The notes below the pieces were generated by a model. The model was given only the letters and a program-made list of their open reading frames with translations. It searched no databases and was not told the DNA's origin. A stretch of DNA of 64,000 nt from an uncultured Lentisphaeria bacterium (GTDB lineage Bacteria > Fidelibacterota > UBA8477 > JABMPR01). The position numbers and the translations under genes were made by a program. The DNA lies in contig CAZDVD010000007.1 of NCBI GenBank assembly GCA_964508765.1, forward strand, positions 13,262 through 77,261. The letters are read 5' to 3'. Position 1 is the stretch's first letter. The number at the start of each line of letters is the position of its first letter. Of the stretch, positions 60,631-64,000 are shown piece after piece.

Positions 60631-61296
60631 TTAAAACGAGTTATCCAGATCTTCCTGGTGTTCTTTACAGAGCAGGCTGGCCTGCTTGAGGGCCTTGTCC
60701 AATTCTTTTCCTCGGAGTTTAGGGTTCACTTTTATGGGTTCACCGAAACTTGCAATGGCTTTTGAGAATGGCAGGGGGATGGCAAATTTATCCCAGCCTC
60801 TAGCCCGCAGTGTCCATTTGGAAGCTGTCGCCGTAGGAATGATATATCCATCAAGATGCTGAGCCGCTACAAAAGTTCCCGGTTTCATTTCACGGCGGGG
60901 ACCCCGGGGACCATCAGAGGCAAAGGCTGAAATCTTGATGTCTTGTTTCCGTAAATAGCGAATCATGCCTTTGTAGGCTTTTTGACCACCTCTCGTGCTG
61001 GAACCACGAAAAGTCACGTAGTTCAAACTTTCCAGGACAGCACTGGCAATGTCGCCATCACCGGCCTGGCTGACAATGGCTGCTGGCTTTAGGGGTGCCG
61101 TCAAATACCAGGCGATGAACATGTCACCATGCCAGAATTGAAAAACCAGAGGGGAGCCGTTCTTCGCGAGATATTGAAAACGAGACCATCCCCGAACTTC
61201 CAGCCTCAGACTTTTGCCGATGATATTGACTATGCTTCCACCAATCCGATTGGCGATACGTGAAATACGTGTCTGGGTTTTTCGGTTTAAACCCAT
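60631..61296 (-). CDS. DUF374 / lysophospholipid-acyltransferase-like protein
   Basis: A 221-aa protein of the DUF374-like type, in an lpxB-lpxK context. Confidence 0.5.
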   Translation of the reverse strand: MGLNRKTQTRISRIANRIGGSIVNIIGKSLRLEVRGWSRFQYLAKNGSPLVFQFWHGDMFIAWYLTAPLKPAAIVSQAGDGDIASAVLESLNYVTFRGSSTRGGQKAYKGMIRYLRKQDIKISAFASDGPRGPRREMKPGTFVAAQHLDGYIIPTATASKWTLRARGWDKFAIPLPFSKAIASFGEPIKVNPKLRGKELDKALKQASLLCKEHQEDLDNSF

Positions 61297-61299
61297 GAC

Positions 61300-62364
61300 T
61301 TAATCTAAATCCTTTTGAATTTCTGCAGCAATGATCTTTGCGCAACCCGGTTGACCTAGCAGTTTCTTCAGCGTGTCCAGCTTGGCCAGCATGTCAGTTC
61401 TAACGGAAGCATCTTTTAGTAGTAGTAAGGCTTCACGCGCAATGGTTTGCCCGTTACACTCACTTTGGATGAGTTCTGGTACAGCTCGATCCCCAATGAT
61501 GAGATTTGGCATAGCGATATGTTCAATGTCCACCAGGAGCTTGCCAATGAGGTATGAAACGGGTGCAATTTTATAAATAGCTACCAGGGGCGTTCCAAGA
61601 TAGGCTGTTTCCAGGGTCGCCGTACCTGAGGCCACAATAGCCACATCAGCATGGGCCGTCATGGGGTAGGGTTCATCCCTGATAATTTTGACATTGTCTA
61701 TCCTGGAAAAGGGAACATAGTAAGACTCGGAGAGTGAGGATAGACCCGCTAACACAAATTGAAGCCCAGGTTGTTGCTGACTAAGTATTGAGATGGCATC
61801 CAACAGGGGTTGAGTATGCCTTTCCATCTCATTGCGCCGACTGCCAGGCAGTAAGGCTATCAGGGGCTTGTTTTGGTCCAGACCATGCTGTGTATAAAAT
61901 TCTGATTTCTCGGACAGATGAAAATTCCGCTCAACGACAGGGTGCCCAGCAAAGGTGACGGGGATACCCTGTTCCTTGTAAAAAGCCTCCTCAAAGGGGA
62001 AGATCACAAAGATGCGCTTGATGAATTGCCGCATCGTTTTAACACGACCTTTTTTCCAGGCCCAGACCTGAGGTGAAATATAGTAATAGACGGGGATACC
62101 TAGAGCCTTGAGTTTCATTCCCAGGCGTATGTTAAAGCCGGGGTAATCCAGCAGGATGGCAGCATCAGGCTTGCGGATCACACATTCGCTGACCAAATCC
62201 GCCATGACCTTCTTAAAAAAGGAGAGATGTTTAATAACTTCAATAAAGCCTGTGACAGACAAAGCTCTGACATGGTAAAGACCTTCGAGACCTTCAGATT
62301 CCATCAAATCACCACCGAGCCCCCAGAATACATGTTCGGAATTCTGAGCTTGTAAGGCCGCCAT
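61300..62364 (-). CDS. lpxB: Lipid-A-disaccharide synthase
   Basis: GT19 family (FWGLGGDLMESEGLE ... conserved C-terminal half). The coordinates run from the first ATG. The conserved N-terminal motif (FLIVAGEISGD) is encoded upstream, 62365-62436, with no canonical start codon. See findings. Confidence 0.8.
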   Translation of the reverse strand: MAALQAQNSEHVFWGLGGDLMESEGLEGLYHVRALSVTGFIEVIKHLSFFKKVMADLVSECVIRKPDAAILLDYPGFNIRLGMKLKALGIPVYYYISPQVWAWKKGRVKTMRQFIKRIFVIFPFEEAFYKEQGIPVTFAGHPVVERNFHLSEKSEFYTQHGLDQNKPLIALLPGSRRNEMERHTQPLLDAISILSQQQPGLQFVLAGLSSLSESYYVPFSRIDNVKIIRDEPYPMTAHADVAIVASGTATLETAYLGTPLVAIYKIAPVSYLIGKLLVDIEHIAMPNLIIGDRAVPELIQSECNGQTIAREALLLLKDASVRTDMLAKLDTLKKLLGQPGCAKIIAAEIQKDLD

Positions 62365-62438
62365 AAGTGGAGCAGCATGATGATCGCCGGAGATCTCACC
62401 AGCGACAATGAGGAAGTTTTTGGCTGAAGGGACTATGG

Positions 62439-63413
62439 TTAACCCAGAAGTTGCTGGTTGATCAATTCTGCGATACGCAGGGCTTCCAAACCATCTCGGC
62501 CACTCACAACGGGCGTTTTCTGAAGCCTGATGGACCTCGCGAAAGCAGCCTGTTCAGCATACATGGCATCCAGTTGTGGTAATTCACGATTGGTGTAGAC
62601 GATGGCTTTGCCCGAGCCTTCCAGGGGAATTACCCGATCTCCTGACACTTCTGAGTCCTGATTTTTCAATGCATACATTTCCGTTGAGCCCTTCTGGAAA
62701 TCAATGGTGATATAGTGCTCATGCTGAAAAATGCGCATTTTCCGCATGGGGTTCAGAGAAATACGGCTGGCCGTGACGTTGGCAACACAACCATTCTCAA
62801 AAGTAAGTCGGGCATTGGCGATATCAGCCAAATCGGAAACCACAGCCAGACCATTGGCTTGAATATCAGTTACAGGACTTTTCACCAGCGAAAGAATGAT
62901 GTCAATATCATGAATCATATTCTCATGCACCACAGGATTATCAATGCCACGAGGGACAAAACTCACCAGTCGGTGTGCTTCAATGAAGCGTGGTTCCAGG
63001 ATAACATCATCCAGGGCTGCCAGAGCCGGGTTAAAGCGCTCGACATGTCCAACCTGAATATTAACGTTTTGTTTGTCCGCCAGGGCAACCAATTCCTCAG
63101 CTTCTTCCAGGGTCACCGAAATAGGCTTCTCAATGAAGACATGCTTTCCAGCCTCTAGGGCAGTTTTTGCATAGGAGAAGTGGAATTTTGTTGGACAGGT
63201 GATAAATAGAGCATCGCAAGCATCAATGAGAGCGAGATGATCAAGGGCAATCGGGACATTAAATTCCCTGGCCACCAGTTCAGCTCTATCCGTATCTGTG
63301 TCAAAAATGCCGTGACAATCCCAGTCAGCATGTTGGCTGAGATGTCTCGTGTGAAAGCGGCCGATATGGCCCGCGCCGATCAAGCCGGCCTTGAGTTTTT
63401 GTGAGTTTGTCAT
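62439..63413 (-). CDS. Gfo/Idh/MocA family NAD(P)-dependent oxidoreductase (possible GnnA-like UDP-GlcNAc 3-dehydrogenase)
   Basis: Rossmann N-terminus KLKAGLIGAGHIGRFH with ATG at 63413. Its stop abuts lpxB. Confidence 0.75.
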   Translation of the reverse strand: MTNSQKLKAGLIGAGHIGRFHTRHLSQHADWDCHGIFDTDTDRAELVAREFNVPIALDHLALIDACDALFITCPTKFHFSYAKTALEAGKHVFIEKPISVTLEEAEELVALADKQNVNIQVGHVERFNPALAALDDVILEPRFIEAHRLVSFVPRGIDNPVVHENMIHDIDIILSLVKSPVTDIQANGLAVVSDLADIANARLTFENGCVANVTASRISLNPMRKMRIFQHEHYITIDFQKGSTEMYALKNQDSEVSGDRVIPLEGSGKAIVYTNRELPQLDAMYAEQAAFARSIRLQKTPVVSGRDGLEALRIAELINQQLLG

Positions 63414-63539
63414 ATCATCAAAAATAAGGCAAAACCATAACAGTGAAAGGGTAAACCCTTCAGAACTTACACCGGTATTCAAATAAGGTTATACGAACCA
63501 AAGGTTACCCAGTCATCGTGAACGCTTCGGTTTTCTCAG

Positions 63540-63940
63540 TACAGGCTCCGTGCGGCGATCTCGGGATATTGGTTATTCTGGGGTTCCGGGATTGTCCGCC
63601 TACAGGGCTTTTGTACCTCGTCCAACGACTCAGGTTTTCGCTCCAGAGGAGCTACGCCCCCGGCACTCGGGATCACACAAGCTCTGTATGACATGTCAAG
63701 GACCCGTACGACGAGCCAGGCGAAAGGAGGAAATTCAAAAAAAATTCTTTTTATTCGTCTTCTTCGTGAAATTCATTATAAAAAAATGAATCATTCACAC
63801 GTCGTCCTTCGACCAGTCTTTGCTCCACCCGCCGCATTTGGCGGGGCTTAGTACGACCTGGCAGGCAGGCTTTAGTCTACGCTCTTTGAGCTACGACTTA
63901 GCAGGCAGGATGACGTGCTCAGTATGACAAGTCATATCAA
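63540..63940. repeat. GC-rich intergenic repeat region (copies B2 and B of the element seen at 35969-36053)
   Basis: GC about 58% against about 45% in the flanks. 63795-63930 (reverse complement) aligns with 35969-36053. 63600-63720 shares GAGCTACG and TATGACA(T/A)GTCA with 63880-63930. Confidence 0.35.
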
Positions 63941-64000
63941 TTCATTCATGGCAAAAAATGGTTTTAAAGTTATTTTATCCCATATTCCCAAAGAATAGAG

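Noticed and set aside
63550-63789. 79-aa ORF in the GC-rich block upstream of the lipid A operon
   Set aside because: Arg/Pro-rich low-complexity translation ending in a poly-Phe/Lys tail. It coincides with repeat-like structured DNA and is more likely non-coding.
63860-63900. Possible tmRNA tag-like reading window (GCT TTA GTC TAC GCT CTT TGA, reading ALVYAL*)
   Set aside because: No flanking tRNA-like acceptor or T-arm (no GGTTCGAATCC-type motif), and no pseudoknot context. The resemblance to a tag-encoding segment is superficial.

Overview
This 64-kb window is a bacterial chromosomal segment with about 45% GC. Gene content (DUF1844, a DUF3078-like outer-membrane protein, three tandem SurA-like PPIases, a polysaccharide gene cluster, and Gfo/Idh/MocA-lpxB-DUF374-lpxK) points to the Fibrobacteres-Chlorobi-Bacteroidetes (FCB) group, but the phylum is not certain. 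It almost certainly spans the replication origin. The classic rpmH-rnpA-yidD-yidC-mnmE-mnmG block sits on the minus strand and is immediately followed by mfd, which runs to 13324. It is divergent from dnaA on the plus strand. The 365-bp AT-rich spacer 22131..22495 is the candidate oriC, but it has no perfect DnaA boxes. From 5' to 3' the window holds: (1) monomeric NADP-isocitrate dehydrogenase. (2) An ArsR-regulated cluster: ArsR with a CVC As(III) site, a periplasmic thioredoxin lipoprotein, a CcdA/DsbD-like membrane protein, a free-standing GIY-YIG nuclease, an ArsP-type permease with the TPFCSCS motif, and a small CxxC thioredoxin-like protein. (3) A PhoU-like protein with a Na/Pi cotransporter. 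(4) An 820-bp AT-rich non-coding gap. (5) Three tandem SurA/parvulin PPIases, then mfd and the origin block. (6) dnaA, bcp and a roughly 9-kb glycan or polysaccharide cluster with a PMT/ArnT-like GT-C enzyme, a Wzx-like flippase, a hexapeptide acetyltransferase, two GT2 enzymes and unknowns. (7) An XRE regulator with a perfect 35-nt palindrome, oligoendopeptidase F, an orphan GroES-like protein and DUF1844. (8) A SpoIID/LytB gene whose signal peptide is cut off from the mature domain by an in-frame TAA. (9) A 1316-aa multi-PAS/GAF HisKA_2 kinase with a stand-alone receiver. (10) A compositionally distinct three-gene module: a small secreted two-Cys peptide, a strong hairpin, a 386-aa secreted protein and a MauE/DoxX-like CGCG membrane protein. 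(11) A 3031-aa secreted giant repeat protein with 16 Ig-like roughly 125-aa modules in blocks of 6, 6 and 4, five SdrD-B/CnaB-like domains, a unique central roughly 225-aa domain and a C-terminal DUF11-like domain. It is co-oriented with, and about 70 nt upstream of, an M16C metalloprotease. (12) yjbR-trpF and a lipid-A cluster, oxidoreductase-lpxB-DUF374-lpxK. In that cluster the conserved lpxB N-terminus has no canonical start codon. A family of GC-rich imperfect-palindromic intergenic repeats occurs at about 35969-36053 and 63540-63940, and possibly at 1-160. No rRNA, tRNA, CRISPR array or obvious transposase was seen. All calls come from reading the sequence and the ORF translations and recalling family motifs. 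No database searches were run.
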